64,000 nt of DNA from positions 736,001-800,000 of the forward strand of contig JASGJN010000013.1 of the NCBI GenBank assembly GCA_049840735.1. Reading direction: 5' to 3'. This document shows, piece by piece, positions 30,101 through 43,444 of this stretch. Position 1 is the first letter of the stretch, and each line of letters opens with the position of its first letter. Made by a program: the position numbers and the translations under genes. This DNA comes from Anaeromyxobacter sp. (GTDB lineage: Bacteria; Myxococcota; Myxococcia; Myxococcales; Anaeromyxobacteraceae). The notes below the pieces were generated by a model, which worked only from the letters and a program-made list of their open reading frames with translations, was not told where the DNA came from and made no database searches.

Positions 30101-33100
30101 CTAGAACAACCCGATGGTGAAGTGCGGCGCGAAGCTCGGCTCGTTGATGCGCTGGTCGGGCGAGAGGTTGAAGCCGAAGTCGAGCGCGGCGGGGCCGACG
30201 GGGGTGACGAAGCGCAGGCCGAAGCCGGCGTTGGCGCGCAGGCGGCCCATGTCCATCAGCGCGGGATCCAGCCAGAGGTTGCCGACGTCGACGAACACGC
30301 CGGCCTCGAGCGACGACGTGAAGGACAGGCGCAGCTCGGCCTTGCCCAGCAGGAAGGCCTCGCCGCCCTCCGAGACGGCGGTCTTGCCCTGCGCGATCTC
30401 GCGGCCGCGGTCGGTGCAGCCGGCGCTGGTCGGGGAGGTCGCGCAGAGCTGCGCCTCGCGGGCCAGCACCGGGCGCATGTCCTCCTGGATCATCTGCTCC
30501 TCGGCGAAGCCGCGCATGGTGGTGGCGCCGCCCATGAAGAAGCGGCGGGGCACGATGGTGGTGGAGGCGGAGTCGAGCGGCCAGACGCGGCCGCCGCGGG
30601 CGGAGAGCGCCAGGGTGCTGGCCTGGCCGATGGGCAGGTACGCCGACAGCGTCCCGGCGGCCTTGATCAGGTTGGTGTGGATGTCCGAGGCGGGCAGGAG
30701 TCCGCCCAGGGCGCGCTGGCCCTCGCCGCCGAGGGAGCGCTCGTACTCGCCGTACCCGGTGGCGTACCAGCCGCGGCGCGGGTGGGCGGGGTTGTCGCGG
30801 AAGTCGAGGGTGAGCGAGGGGCGGAGCGCGTGCAGGGTGGTGATGCCCTCGGAGAAGCGGAGCCGCTCCACGTCGGCCTGGGTCAGGGGGCCGGAGGCGC
30901 CGGTGCGATCGATGTTGTCGATCTCCAATCTCGTACTGCAGCGAGGCCACGGTGCGGGTGGTGACCCGCGCGTCCACGCCGGCCACGGCCGAGGCGCTCG
31001 CCAGGTTGTAGGAGCGCCGGTGCAGGATTTCGCCGATCACGTCGAGGTGCGCGCCGGACGGCACCTGCAGGAAGCCGAGCCGGGAGGTGCGCAGGCCCGC
31101 GTCCGCGCGCCCCTCGAATCCGCTCGCGCGGCTTCTTGGCGGCGAGGTCGGGGCGGTTGTCGAGCACGTCAATGGGTAGTTCACCTTCCCGCGCAGCGAC
31201 AGCTCCACCGCCCGGCCGGCCAGGTTGGGCCGGACGTACTCGACCACGGCGCGCGGGCCGTTGGCGATGGAGAAGCCGGTGCCCTGGGTCAGCGTGGCGT
31301 AGGGGCGCTCGGAGAGGTCGACCACCAGGTCCTTCTCCGGCTGCGGCGCCTCGGGCTCGCTGAGGTGGAGGTTCACCGAGCGGAACACGCCCAGCGAGAG
31401 CAGGGCGGCCTCGCTCGCGGCCGCGGCCTCCAGATCCACACCGACCCCGCCTGCAGCGTCAGCGCCTCGCGGACCACCTCGGGGCGCGTGCGGCGGTTGC
31501 CGGTGATGAGCACCCGGCTGATGCGGGCCTGCGGCCCCTCGCGGATCTGGAACCGGACCACGCCGGTGTGGCGCGCCCGGTCGAGATCCTCGGTGACCTC
31601 CACGCGCGCCCAGGCGTGGCCGGAGGCGACGTAGGCCCGGAGCAGCGCCAGCCGGGCCTCCTCCACCTGCGGGTAGGCCAGCGGGTCGCTCGCCTCCAGC
31701 CGGATCAGCTTCGCGAGCGCGGCCTCGTCCAGCGTCTCCTGCCCGCTGAACTCCACCCGCTCCACCCGCGTGCGGGCGCCCTCGCGCAGCCGCAGCGTCA
31801 CCTGGGCCGTCCGCAGCCGGGAGTCGAGCGCGACGGCGCTGCCCAGGTAGACTGCGTCCAGGTAGCCCTCGGCGCGGTAGGCGTCCACCAGCTGCTCGGC
31901 GGCGCGATCCCATGCGGCCTCGTCGAGGTACTCACCGGCCGGCAGCGGCACCGGCGCCACCGGGCGGAATCCGCCTCGCCGGGCAGCGCCACCGCCAGCG
32001 AGCGGGCCGCGTCGGCCTCCTGCGAGCGCTGCGGCGGGTCCTCCTCGCGCAGCACCGCCACCAGCCGCTCGCGCAGCCAGGCCTCGCTCCGGACGGTCAC
32101 GCCCGGGAAGCGGATGGCCTGCACGCGGTAGCGGACCCCCTCCTCAATCCGGAACACCACCGCCAGGCGGTCGCCGCGGGCCTCCTCCTCCACCTCCGTC
32201 CGCACGGCCGCGTAGCCGCGCACGCGGTAGGCGGCCAGGAGCCGGTCCGTGGCGGTCTCCAGCGCGCCGGCGTCCAGCGGCTGCTCGGGGTCGAGCGCCA
32301 GCTCGCGCTCCAGCGTGGCGTCGGGCAGGGCCGCGTTGCCGCGGAAGCCCACCGTCACCCGCGGGCCCGCCGTGACCGGGAACGCCACCTCGGCCTGCTG
32401 GCCCTCCACCGAGACCTGCGGCGTGCCCACGGTGGCGCGCCGCCAGCCGGCCTGGTGCAGCACGAGGCGGAGGGTCCGGGCGTCGTCGGCCAGCAGGTCC
32501 TCGTCGAGCGCCCCGCCCGGCCTGGTGGCCAGCCGCTCCAGCGCCTCCTGCGGCAGGCCCGGGTTGCCCGCCAGCGCCACGGCCGTGACCCGGGTGACCG
32601 GCCCGGGCTCCACCGACACCTCGACGGCCACGGGGTTCTCGCCGCGGGCCGTCACCATCACGCGCGCGCTGCGGTGGCCGCGCCGCGCCAGCGCGTCCCG
32701 CAGGCGCGCCTCGGCCGCCGGCACGTCCTCCTGCTCGAAGGGGTCGCCCGCCGCGAACCTGACCAGGCCGCGCAGCGCCGGCTCGTCCAGCCCGGCCGCT
32801 CCGGCGCCGCGCAGCGTGACACGCGAGATGCGGCGCACCGCCGTGGCCTCGACCCGCAGCCGCACCCACCCGCCCGCGTCGCTCCCCTCCCCTGCCTGCC
32901 CACCCGGCGACTGCCCACCCGGCGCCTGCCCACCCGGCGCCTGCCCACCCGGCGCCTGCCCGCCCGGCAACTGCCCGCCCGGCGCCTGCGCCGGCTCGGC
33001 GAGGATCCGGATCGTGCGGTAGCGGCCGGTCTGGTGCAGCCGCTGCACCGCCTGCCGGAGGGCGCGGGCCGAGAGCCAATCGCCCGCGCCGATGCCCACC

Positions 33101-33566
33101 AGCGCCGCGGCCTCCTCGTCCGGCGCGGGCAGCGCCAGCACCACCTCGGCGACGCGCACCTGCGCCCCGCCGGACGCGTCCGGGGCCGCCGCGCCGGCCG
33201 GCCAGTCGGAGGGCTCGGGCACCACCGCCCCCGCCGGCGTCCCGGGGGCCGGACCGCCTCCGCAGGCCGGACCGGCTCCGGCGCCGGGACCGGCCGCGCG
33301 GCCGGGCCGGACGCGGCGGGTGCACCAGGCCCTGCCTCGGCGCGGGCGGGCTCGACCGCGTCCAGCTCGATCGCGTCCAGGCCCTCCGCCCCGGGTTCGT
33401 CCGCAGGCGCGGCCTGGGCGGTCGCTGCCGGACCAGCAGCCTCCTCGCCGCCGGCACCGCGCGCGCCCGTCACGTCACCGGCCGCCCCCGCGGCGCCGCC
33501 GGGCTCCTGGGCGGCCCCGCCGGCCACCAGGGCCAGCGCCGCGACGGCGGCGAGCGCGCGGATCAC
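30101..33566 (-). CDS. Omp85 (BamA/TamA-type) outer-membrane protein with multiple POTRA domains; about six apparent frameshifts
   Basis: Signal peptide, POTRA motifs (ITGNRRTRPEVVRE), barrel DFRDNP, FFMGGATTMRGF, GFGLRFVTPVGP and terminal HFTIGLF. Its start overlaps the tamB stop. Confidence 0.88.
32896..32985. repeat. Six tandem 15-bp units (CTGCCCRCCCGGCRM) encoding xPGGQ inside the Omp85 gene
   Basis: Units start at 32896, 32911, 32926, 32941, 32956 and 32971. Confidence 0.9.
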
Positions 33567-36500
33567 CGGTCGTCCGACCATTCCCAGCGGAGCTTCAGAT
33601 CCAGCCCGTGATCGCCGGTGGACACGTCCGGGCTCTCGTTGTCCCACTGGTACTGCAGCGCGGTGTGGTCGCCCAGGCGCAGCTCGGCCTGCGCCTTGCG
33701 CCCGCGGGTGTTGCTGAGCGGCGACTGGAACCGCAGCCGCAGCTTGTCCTTCATGAGCCAGGACTCGAACTCGGCCAGCGGCTCCACCTGGCCGGTCTCC
33801 TCGGAGTAGCCGGTGGTGATGCGCATCGACAGGTCGCGCACCGGCCCGCCGCGCGGCAGGAAGCGGCGCACCTGGGCGTCCAGCCCGGAGGCCGAGAACA
33901 GGGCCTGCGCCGCGGCCGCGGTGGCCACGCCGCCCACGCCGCCGCCGGCGCCGGCGTCGCGCCGGGTGTAGCCCAGCGAGAGGAGCGTGACGATGTCCTG
34001 CTCGGGCAGGGCGGGCAGGCTGGTGAGGGTCACCTTGGGCTGCGCGGCCGGGCCGAGCACGTGCAGGAACACCTGGTAGTCGCGCACGGCCGACTCGCCG
34101 GTCACGTCCACGCCCATGTCGATCCTGGAGCGGTCGGTGAAGTCCAGGATGGCGTGGGTGAGGTTGAACTCGTTGCCGCGGAAGAGCAGCCGGCTGCCCT
34201 GCCCCATGGCCAGGCTGCCCACCACGCCCGGCGCGGCCAGCGTACCGGTCACGGTCAGGTCGCCGGCCAGCGGCCCGCGCACCATGTCGTTCTCCACGCG
34301 CACGTCGCCGTCCACCGCCAGCTGCAGGTCGAAGCGCAGCCACTCGTCGGCGCGGTCGTAGGCGCGCGCCACCGGCGCCGGACGCCGGCGCAGCTCCAGC
34401 AGGCTGCCCTCCAGGTCCACGTCGGCGGTGTAGCGGGCGCGGTTGACGTGCAGCTTGCCGGTGACGGTGGTGGCGTCGGGCGTGCCGGCGGCCGCGATGC
34501 GCCCGCTGAACGTGGCCGGGAGCGCCGGCAGCACCGCCAGCGGCACCTCCTCCAGCGTGCCCTCCACGTCCAGCCGGGCCGGGATGAGCCGCTGCAGCTC
34601 GATGGCGCCCTTGAAGGTGGCGCGGCCGCCGTTCACCGACGCGTCCAGCCGGTCGAAGAGCACGCGGTTCTGCGAGAACGCCAGCCCGCCGCGCACGTCG
34701 GCGAAGGTGGCGGCCAGCCCCCGCACCTGGAAGCCGGCGTCCGCCACGCGCCCGGCGCCCACCAGCAGCGGCTCGTCCAGCGTGCCGCCCAGGTGCGCCT
34801 CGAGCGCCACCGTGCCGTGCGCGCGCCGGACCGGCGGGACGGCGCCGGCCAGGAGCCGCAGGTCGAGGGCCCCGGAGGCGGCCACGTCGAGCGCGCCGGT
34901 GGCGGCGCGCACGCCGGAGATGGTGAGCTCGGTGCTCTGCCCGCGCAGCGTCACCGGCGCCAGCTCCCAGCGGCCGCGGGCGGCCGAGAGCCGCACCGGC
35001 CCGGTGGCCTCGACCCGCAGGTCGGCGTAGGAGAGCGCCAGCTGCGTGGCGGTGGCGCTGAGGTGGGCCTGCGCCAGGTCCGCCAGCTCGCCCTCGGCGG
35101 CCGCCTCGCCGGCCAGGTGCGCGCGCAGCGTGCGGGGCACCCCGTCCACCCAGCGCGCCAGGTCCTCGACCGCCACGGTGCCGCGCGCGCGGAAGGGCAT
35201 GCGCCCCTCCAGGCTGGCCTCCGCGGAGAGGTCCACGCCCTCGGCGCCAGCCGTCAGCAGCAGCTTCGTGCCGGTCAGCGTCCCGCCGGCCTCCACCTTG
35301 CCCAGCCGCACGCCCGAGACCGCCACCGCGTCGGCGCTGAGCGCGCCGCGCACGCGCGGCTGCTCGAACGAGCCGGCCAGGCTGGCGGTGCCGCTGGCCA
35401 GGCCGGCCCAGCTGCCGGGCAGGCCCAGCGCCTCGAGCGGCAGGCCCGAGGCGGCCAGCTGCAGGTCCCAGGAGAACGGCGGCGCCAGCCCCCAGGTGCC
35501 CTGCGCCCGCACCAGCCCCGACTCGCGCCGCAGCTCGGCCCGCTCGAAGCGGACCTCCTGCGCCGCCCGGATGTGCCCCACCGCCCGGCCGCTGGTGAAG
35601 CTGCGCCCCAGCAGCGCGCCGGCGCCCAGCGTGGCGTCGAAGTCGGCGTCCGGCGTGGCGGCCGGCCCCTGCGCCGAGGCGGTCAGCTCGACTTCGCCGT
35701 CCAGCGCGTCGCGCAGGTAGCGGGTGCGCGGCAGCCAGTCCATCACCGCGTCGCAGAGATCGTGGACCCGTCCGCGCGCCTGCACGTGGGCGGACACCAG
35801 CTGCGTGGGGGTGCGGTGGAGGTCGAGCAGCAGGTCGCCGCGGTAGCGGGCGCTGGCGCGCGCCCCGTCCACCCCGGCGAAGTGGAGCTTGCCCGCGTCG
35901 TAGAGGAAGTCGGTGGTGGCGGCGCCCAGGTCCACGTCCAGGAAGCGCAGCCCCGTCGCGCGGCCGTGCCCCTCGATGCGCGGCGCGCCGTAGGGCGCCG
36001 CGCCCAGCCGTGCGTCCAGGGTGGCCAGCCCGGCCATGGGGAGCGAGGCCACCCGCCCGAGCGCGGTCAGGTCCACGTCGCCGCGAGCCTCCACCCGGAA
36101 CCCGCCCGCGCGGTTGAAGTGGATGGCGGCGTCGGCCGCCACCGCCCCGCGGCCCATCTGCAGCTGCGCCCCGGTGAAGACCAGCGCCTCCGCGTCCACC
36201 TTCACGGCGGTGGCGATGTGCCCCTTCTCGAAGGCCACCACGCCGGGATCGGCGCCGCCCTCGCGGTAGGAGCGGGTGAGCGCCTTGAGGTTGCGGAGCC
36301 CCAGCTCCAGCCGCCCCTCCAGCGCCGGCGGCCAGAGCGGCCCCTCCACGTGCCCCTTCCCGTCCAGCCGGAGCGTGATCCAGGGGTCGCGCACGGTGAG
36401 CCGGTGCAGCACCTCGCCCAGCTCGACGCCGGCGAGCTCGACGTCGGCGGTGGTGGGCAGCCCGCGGACCAGCCGCACCGCGCCGCGGATGGCCACCTGC

Positions 36501-37495
36501 CCGCCGTCGGTGGGGAGCACCAGCCGCTCCACCCGCAGCGTGTCGCCGGCCAGCCGCACCTGCGCCTCGGCGTCGCCCAGGCCGAACCCGTGGGCCGTCA
36601 CGCCCTTGAGCCTGGCGGTGCCGGAGAGCGCCGGCGAGGCGACCGTGCCGGCCACGTGCGCCGCCAGCGAGACCTCGCCGCTCACGTCGCCCGGGACCCC
36701 GGCCAGCGCCAGCAGCGCCGCGCCCTGCCCGTCGGCCGTGGCGGTCAGGTCGAAGCGCGGGTCGCACAGGTCCTCGACCGTCCCGGAGAGGCCCAGCCGC
36801 ACGCCGTCCAGGTCCACCGAGGCCCGGTCCAGCTGGGCGGCGGAGAGGTCCATGGCCAGCTCGCCGGCCGCGGCCAGCCCGCTGGCGTGGAAGGTCCGGC
36901 CCCGCAGCTCGGCGGCGGTGCGCGCCACCGACAGCTCCAGCCGGCTGCGGCGCGCGCCGCCCTGGGCCAGCGTGCGCAGCGTCCGCGGGGCGGGGGCGGC
37001 GCGCACGGAGAGGCCCTCCAGCCGCAGGCGGACCTCGGGCGTCTCCACCTCCACCTCGCCCTGCTCCAGGTCGAGCGTGCGGACGTCGAAGCGGGACAGG
37101 AGCGCGGGCGGGCAGGTCCCGCCGGCGGCGTCCGGCGGGCTCCCGCGGCCGGCCAGGGCGAGGCGCACCTGCGGGTGGACCACGCGCAGCTGCTCCAGGT
37201 GCAGCTGCCGCCCCAGCGCCTGGACCGCGGAGAGCCGCGCCTCGACCCGCTCGGCCTGGAAGATGGGGCGCTCGGGCGGCCCCAGGGCCAGCCCCTCGAT
37301 CACGGCGGTGAGGGAGAGGGGCTCCACGCGGCAGCCGCCGAAGCTGACCGGGAGGCCGCTGGCGGTCCGCACCCGCTCGGCCGCCAGCGCGCACAACCGG
37401 TCGCCCGCCCACGCCGTGCGCAGGGTCACCAGGGTGGCGGCCACGGCCGTCACCACCAGCGCGAGGAAGATCAGGGCGGCGGTGCGCTTCTTCAA
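33563..37495 (-). CDS. tamB: TamB/AsmA-like translocation and assembly protein
   Basis: 1310 aa, N-terminal TM anchor, beta-rich repeats and C-terminal LTSLPALPEQDIVTLLSLG; next to Omp85. Confidence 0.88.
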   Translation of the reverse strand: MKKRTAALIFLALVVTAVAATLVTLRTAWAGDRLCALAAERVRTASGLPVSFGGCRVEPLSLTAVIEGLALGPPERPIFQAERVEARLSAVQALGRQLHLEQLRVVHPQVRLALAGRGSPPDAAGGTCPPALLSRFDVRTLDLEQGEVEVETPEVRLRLEGLSVRAAPAPRTLRTLAQGGARRSRLELSVARTAAELRGRTFHASGLAAAGELAMDLSAAQLDRASVDLDGVRLGLSGTVEDLCDPRFDLTATADGQGAALLALAGVPGDVSGEVSLAAHVAGTVASPALSGTARLKGVTAHGFGLGDAEAQVRLAGDTLRVERLVLPTDGGQVAIRGAVRLVRGLPTTADVELAGVELGEVLHRLTVRDPWITLRLDGKGHVEGPLWPPALEGRLELGLRNLKALTRSYREGGADPGVVAFEKGHIATAVKVDAEALVFTGAQLQMGRGAVAADAAIHFNRAGGFRVEARGDVDLTALGRVASLPMAGLATLDARLGAAPYGAPRIEGHGRATGLRFLDVDLGAATTDFLYDAGKLHFAGVDGARASARYRGDLLLDLHRTPTQLVSAHVQARGRVHDLCDAVMDWLPRTRYLRDALDGEVELTASAQGPAATPDADFDATLGAGALLGRSFTSGRAVGHIRAAQEVRFERAELRRESGLVRAQGTWGLAPPFSWDLQLAASGLPLEALGLPGSWAGLASGTASLAGSFEQPRVRGALSADAVAVSGVRLGKVEAGGTLTGTKLLLTAGAEGVDLSAEASLEGRMPFRARGTVAVEDLARWVDGVPRTLRAHLAGEAAAEGELADLAQAHLSATATQLALSYADLRVEATGPVRLSAARGRWELAPVTLRGQSTELTISGVRAATGALDVAASGALDLRLLAGAVPPVRRAHGTVALEAHLGGTLDEPLLVGAGRVADAGFQVRGLAATFADVRGGLAFSQNRVLFDRLDASVNGGRATFKGAIELQRLIPARLDVEGTLEEVPLAVLPALPATFSGRIAAAGTPDATTVTGKLHVNRARYTADVDLEGSLLELRRRPAPVARAYDRADEWLRFDLQLAVDGDVRVENDMVRGPLAGDLTVTGTLAAPGVVGSLAMGQGSRLLFRGNEFNLTHAILDFTDRSRIDMGVDVTGESAVRDYQVFLHVLGPAAQPKVTLTSLPALPEQDIVTLLSLGYTRRDAGAGGGVGGVATAAAAQALFSASGLDAQVRRFLPRGGPVRDLSMRITTGYSEETGQVEPLAEFESWLMKDKLRLRFQSPLSNTRGRKAQAELRLGDHTALQYQWDNESPDVSTGDHGLDLKLRWEWSDDR

Positions 37496-37601
37496 CGGCT
37501 TCTCCCGGCCTCAGGGCACGGGCCACGGGCTGCGGCGGCGACCCGCCTCCGGAGGGAGGACGGCCGCAGGGCGGGTCCTGTTCAATGAACGCCCCGCCGC
37601 G

Positions 37602-38519
37602 TCACTTGCTGCCGAGCGACTCCAGGTACCGGTCGATGTCCGCCAGGTCGATGCGGGCCGGCCCCGGGCCCGCCTCGGCCGCGGCGGGCGCGGCGGCCGG
37701 GGGGGCCGCCTCGATGCCGAGGTCGCGCGCCACGCGGTCCACGAAGGCCTCGTCCAGCTCGCGGGCCCGGGCCACGAAGCCCTCGAAGAGCGCGTTGTCG
37801 CAGAGGGTGTTGATGAGGCGGGGCGTGCCGCGGGTGTGGCGGTGCACGCGGGCCAGCGCGCCGGCGGTGAAGGGCACCCGCGGCGCGCCCGCCAGCCGGA
37901 GGCGGTGGCGCACGTAGGCCTCGGTGGCCTCCAGGTTGAGCGGCTCGAGCTTGTACTTGAGCGCCACGCGCTGGGCCAGCGGCGGGTCCAGCTTCAGGTT
38001 CTCCTCGATCTCCGGCAGGCCGAAGAAGACGAAGGAGAGGAGCTTGCGCTCCGGGACCTCCAGGTTCAGCAGCCCCCGGAACTCCTCCATGATCTCCCGC
38101 GAGGCCAGCATCTGCGCCTCGTCGATGAGCAGCACGGCCTTCTTGCCCGACTCGTAGATCCGGACCAGCCGCTGGTAGAGCTGCGAGAGGAGCGCCAGCT
38201 TCTCGTCGGCCGGGCTCTCCACGCCCAGCTGCAGGGCGATGCGGCGCAGCAGCCAGCTGGCCGTGATGCCGGAGTGGACGATGACGAGCAGCGCGGCCTC
38301 GTACTCCTCCTCCGGCAGGCTGTCGAGCATGCGGCGGGCCAGCGTGGTCTTGCCGGCGCCGATGTCGCCCACCAGCACCGCCAGCCCCTTCATGCCCGAG
38401 ACGGCATGCGTGAGCCGGAGCAGCGCCTGCGCGTGCTGGGCGGACGAGTAGTAGAAGCGCGAGACGGGCGCGTTGGAGAAGGGCTCCTGCGACAGCTCGT
38501 AGAATTCGAGGTAGTTCAC
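37602..38519 (-). CDS. ExeA/GspA-family AAA ATPase
   Basis: YLEFYELSQEPFS, GDIGAGKTT, LLIDEAQ, GLPE and GTPRLINTLCDNAL. Confidence 0.92.
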   Translation of the reverse strand: MNYLEFYELSQEPFSNAPVSRFYYSSAQHAQALLRLTHAVSGMKGLAVLVGDIGAGKTTLARRMLDSLPEEEYEAALLVIVHSGITASWLLRRIALQLGVESPADEKLALLSQLYQRLVRIYESGKKAVLLIDEAQMLASREIMEEFRGLLNLEVPERKLLSFVFFGLPEIEENLKLDPPLAQRVALKYKLEPLNLEATEAYVRHRLRLAGAPRVPFTAGALARVHRHTRGTPRLINTLCDNALFEGFVARARELDEAFVDRVARDLGIEAAPPAAAPAAAEAGPGPARIDLADIDRYLESLGSK

Positions 38520-38529
38520 GCTGGGTGTC

Positions 38530-41250
38530 CTACAGGTAGCCGATGTTCTTCTTGCCCGGCGGCGCCGCCGCCGGAGTCGGGCGGGGTGGCGCTGCCGGCG
38601 CGGGACGGACCGCGGCGGAGCCGGGGCGGGGCAGGTTGGGCGCGGCGGCGCGCGGGGCGGCGCCGTTGGCCGGCCGCGCGGCGGGGCGGGGCTCGTCGGC
38701 CGGCGGGCGGCCGGGCCCGCCGCCCAGCGCCGCGATGCGGGCGGCCACGTCTCGGTAGGCGCCGTCGGCGCGGGCGACCTTCTGGAAGTGGAAGAGGCCG
38801 ACCTCCGGCTCGCCGGCCGCCTCGTGGGCCGAGCCCAGCTCGTAGTGGAGGGCCTTGGCCGACTCGCGGGTGAGGTGCTCCGAGCCGAGGGCGCGCCGGA
38901 AGGCGGCGATGGCCTCCCGCGGCGCGCTGCGGGCCAGGTGGCAGAGGCCGATCATCGAGAGGCAGTCCACCTCGCGCTTGCGGTCGGCCCCGCGCAGCGC
39001 CACCTCGAACTCCTGGATGGCGTCGTCGAGGAGCCCCATCTCCTTGTAGGCGATGCCCAGGTCGTAGTGGGTGGCGCTGTCCTCCGGCTTGACGGTCGCC
39101 TCCACGCCCTTCTTGAACTGGTTGAAGACGTCCTCGACCGAGTACTGGAACTCCTCCTCGGCCGGCGCCGCGGCGGGCGCGTCACCCAGCTCCTCGGCCA
39201 GCTCGCGGGCGATGTCGAAGCTCTCGTCACCGCCGGCGTCGGCCACCGGGGCGGGCGACTCGCGGACCGGCGCCCGGGGCTCGGACGGGCGCGGCGACGC
39301 CTGGGCCGCCGCGCGCCGCTCGATCTCGGCCAGCTTGCCCTCCAGGCCGCGGTGGCCCGGGTAGAACTCGAGCAGGTTGCGGAGCGCGTCGCGCGCGTCG
39401 TCGAGCAGGTTCTGCTGCAGGAAGAACTCGGCCTCCTCCAGCTCGTCGGAGAGGTCGGCCTCCTCCTCTTCCTCCTCGATCGCGGCGGGCGGGGGAGGCG
39501 GGGGCGGGGCGATGACCGCCGGCCCGCGCCGCGGCGCCGGCGTGGGCGTGGGCGTCGGCGCCGCCCTGGCGGCGGGCGGGGCCGGCGGCGGCGGCGTGAT
39601 CACCGGCGCGGGCGGGGCGATCGGCGCCGGCGTGGCCACCGGCTCGTCCACCACCTCGTCGCCGCCCTGGCCGGCGGCGTGGAGCGCCAGCGCGTCGTCG
39701 TCGACCTGCGGCAGCGGCTCCTCGACCTCCAGCGTGACGCCCTCGTCGGGCGGCGCCTCGGCGGCGGCCTCCACCGGCTCCTCGATGATGTCGCCGTCGG
39801 CGTCGTTGGCCGCCTGGATGGCCAGGGCGTCGTCCTCGAGCGGCGCGTCGGCGCCCTCGACCACCACGTCCGCGCCCAGGTCCTCGATCTCGGCCGAGCC
39901 GAGCGCGACCTCCTCGGTGCCGCCGGTGGCGGCGTTGAGCTCGGGGATCTGCGGATTCCCGGGGTCCAGGTCGCGCAGCCGGATCAGCGCCTCGCGGGCC
40001 CGCTCCAGCTGGCCGCGCAGCATCAGCGACCGGACCACCGCCGCGCCGGCCTCGCCCGCCTCGCCCCGGCGGCCGGCGGCGGCGTGGATCTCGCGCATCC
40101 GCTCGTGCGCGTCGGGCAGCTGCGGATCGAGCGCCAGCACCTTGCGCAGGTGGTCGATCGCCTTGTCGTGCAGCCCGTACTTCAAGTAGACGTCGGTCTC
40201 CGTCAGCAGCTTCGGGATCGCGTCGGCCCCGCCGGGCGGCGGGAGGGGGCCGGGCCGCGGCGCGGCGGCCTGCACGCCGGGCGGCGGGCCCGAAGGCGGC
40301 GGCCGGGGCGTGGCCACCGGCTGTTGCGGAGGAGGCGGGGGCGTGGGCGCAGCGCGCGCGCCGCCCAGCGCGGTGGCGGCGTCGTCGTCGTCCGGCGCCA
40401 GCTCCTGCACCTTGCGCCAGGTGGCGCGGGCGTCGGAGGCGCGGCCGTTCTCCTCGTGGACGTGGGCCAGCTCCTTGTAGACCGAGAGCGTCTTGGAGGT
40501 CTGCCCGAGGTCGCGGAAGGCCTGGGCCAGGAGCTGCAGCGTCTCGACGTCCTTGGGGTCGGCCTTGAAGCAGAGCTGGAGCTTGGCCAGCGCGCGCTTG
40601 GTGTCGCCCTTGGCCAGGTAGATGTGGGCCAGCTCGCGGGTGAGCCCGTGGTCGTTGGGCTGGAGCGAGGCGATCCGCTCCGCCACCTTCACGTACTCGT
40701 CGCCGCGGTTGTGCTTCTTGAGGTACTCGGCGGCGCGGCGGAAGCAGTCCAGGGCCGGGCCGGCCTGGCCGGCGCGCGCCTGCAGCTCGCCCAGCTTGAT
40801 GGACGAGGCGATGTTGTCCGGGTCCAGCTCCACCATCCGCTGCAGCACGTCGGTGAGCCGGGGGAGGTCGCCCGCCTTCTCGTAGGCGGCGGCCATGAAC
40901 TGCAGCTGCCCCATGGCGTCGCTCATGAGGCCCAGCTGCTGGTAGAGGCCGGCCAGCCGCTCGTTCACCCGGACGTCGTCCGGGGCCAGCTTGACGATCT
41001 GCTTGTAGACGGCGACCGACTTCAGGAAGAAGCCCTGCTCGGCGTAGGTCTCGGCCACCCGCGTGAAGGCGTCGGCGGCCAGCTTCTCGTCGTTCTTCTT
41101 CTGGTAGAGCTCCCCGACCTTGAGCAGGACCCGGACGTCCTTCGGATCCTCGTTGAGGATCTTCTGGTACGTCGCGATCGCCTTGTCGAGCGACCCCTTC
41201 TGCACCAGCTTGGTCGCCTCGGCGATGATCTTGTTCTTGTCGACAGCCAT
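38530..41250 (-). CDS. sgmX: SgmX-like TPR protein (type IV pilus polar activator)
   Basis: MAVDKNKIIAEATKLVQKG, several TPR blocks with acidic/Pro linkers, THYDLGIAYKEMGL and terminal KKNIGYL. Position between accC and the ExeA gene matches recalled Myxococcus synteny. Confidence 0.75.
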   Translation of the reverse strand: MAVDKNKIIAEATKLVQKGSLDKAIATYQKILNEDPKDVRVLLKVGELYQKKNDEKLAADAFTRVAETYAEQGFFLKSVAVYKQIVKLAPDDVRVNERLAGLYQQLGLMSDAMGQLQFMAAAYEKAGDLPRLTDVLQRMVELDPDNIASSIKLGELQARAGQAGPALDCFRRAAEYLKKHNRGDEYVKVAERIASLQPNDHGLTRELAHIYLAKGDTKRALAKLQLCFKADPKDVETLQLLAQAFRDLGQTSKTLSVYKELAHVHEENGRASDARATWRKVQELAPDDDDAATALGGARAAPTPPPPPQQPVATPRPPPSGPPPGVQAAAPRPGPLPPPGGADAIPKLLTETDVYLKYGLHDKAIDHLRKVLALDPQLPDAHERMREIHAAAGRRGEAGEAGAAVVRSLMLRGQLERAREALIRLRDLDPGNPQIPELNAATGGTEEVALGSAEIEDLGADVVVEGADAPLEDDALAIQAANDADGDIIEEPVEAAAEAPPDEGVTLEVEEPLPQVDDDALALHAAGQGGDEVVDEPVATPAPIAPPAPVITPPPPAPPAARAAPTPTPTPAPRRGPAVIAPPPPPPPAAIEEEEEEADLSDELEEAEFFLQQNLLDDARDALRNLLEFYPGHRGLEGKLAEIERRAAAQASPRPSEPRAPVRESPAPVADAGGDESFDIARELAEELGDAPAAAPAEEEFQYSVEDVFNQFKKGVEATVKPEDSATHYDLGIAYKEMGLLDDAIQEFEVALRGADRKREVDCLSMIGLCHLARSAPREAIAAFRRALGSEHLTRESAKALHYELGSAHEAAGEPEVGLFHFQKVARADGAYRDVAARIAALGGGPGRPPADEPRPAARPANGAAPRAAAPNLPRPGSAAVRPAPAAPPRPTPAAAPPGKKNIGYL

Positions 41251-41459
41251 CGGCCGTTGGGGCTCGGGGTGGCGGCGACGCCGAGGTGACGGTTCGCGCC
41301 CCGCCGGCGCGCACCGGCGCCGAAGCGGGCCAGGGGCAGCCCGAGCGTAACGGATGCCCCCTGGTCGGTCAAGGGGACGGACCGCGAACAATGCGGGAAT
41401 TTCGCGGGATTTTCCGACGTGAGGGACCTGTCAGGCGCCCGCTGTACCCGCTCTCCGGG

Positions 41460-42842
<1,383 letters not shown>

Positions 42843-42852
42843 GGAGGCCCCC

Positions 42853-43401
<549 letters not shown>

Positions 43402-43444
43402 CCGGTCATCCTCCCTGCTGCGGTCCGGCGGTGGGGTGGGGAGC

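Noticed and set aside
32658..37588. 1622-aa and 1498-aa ORFs overlapping tamB
   Set aside because: Alternative-frame and antisense shadows rich in Arg/Gly/Ala with no motifs. Only the short stretch encoding the Omp85 N-terminus is real.
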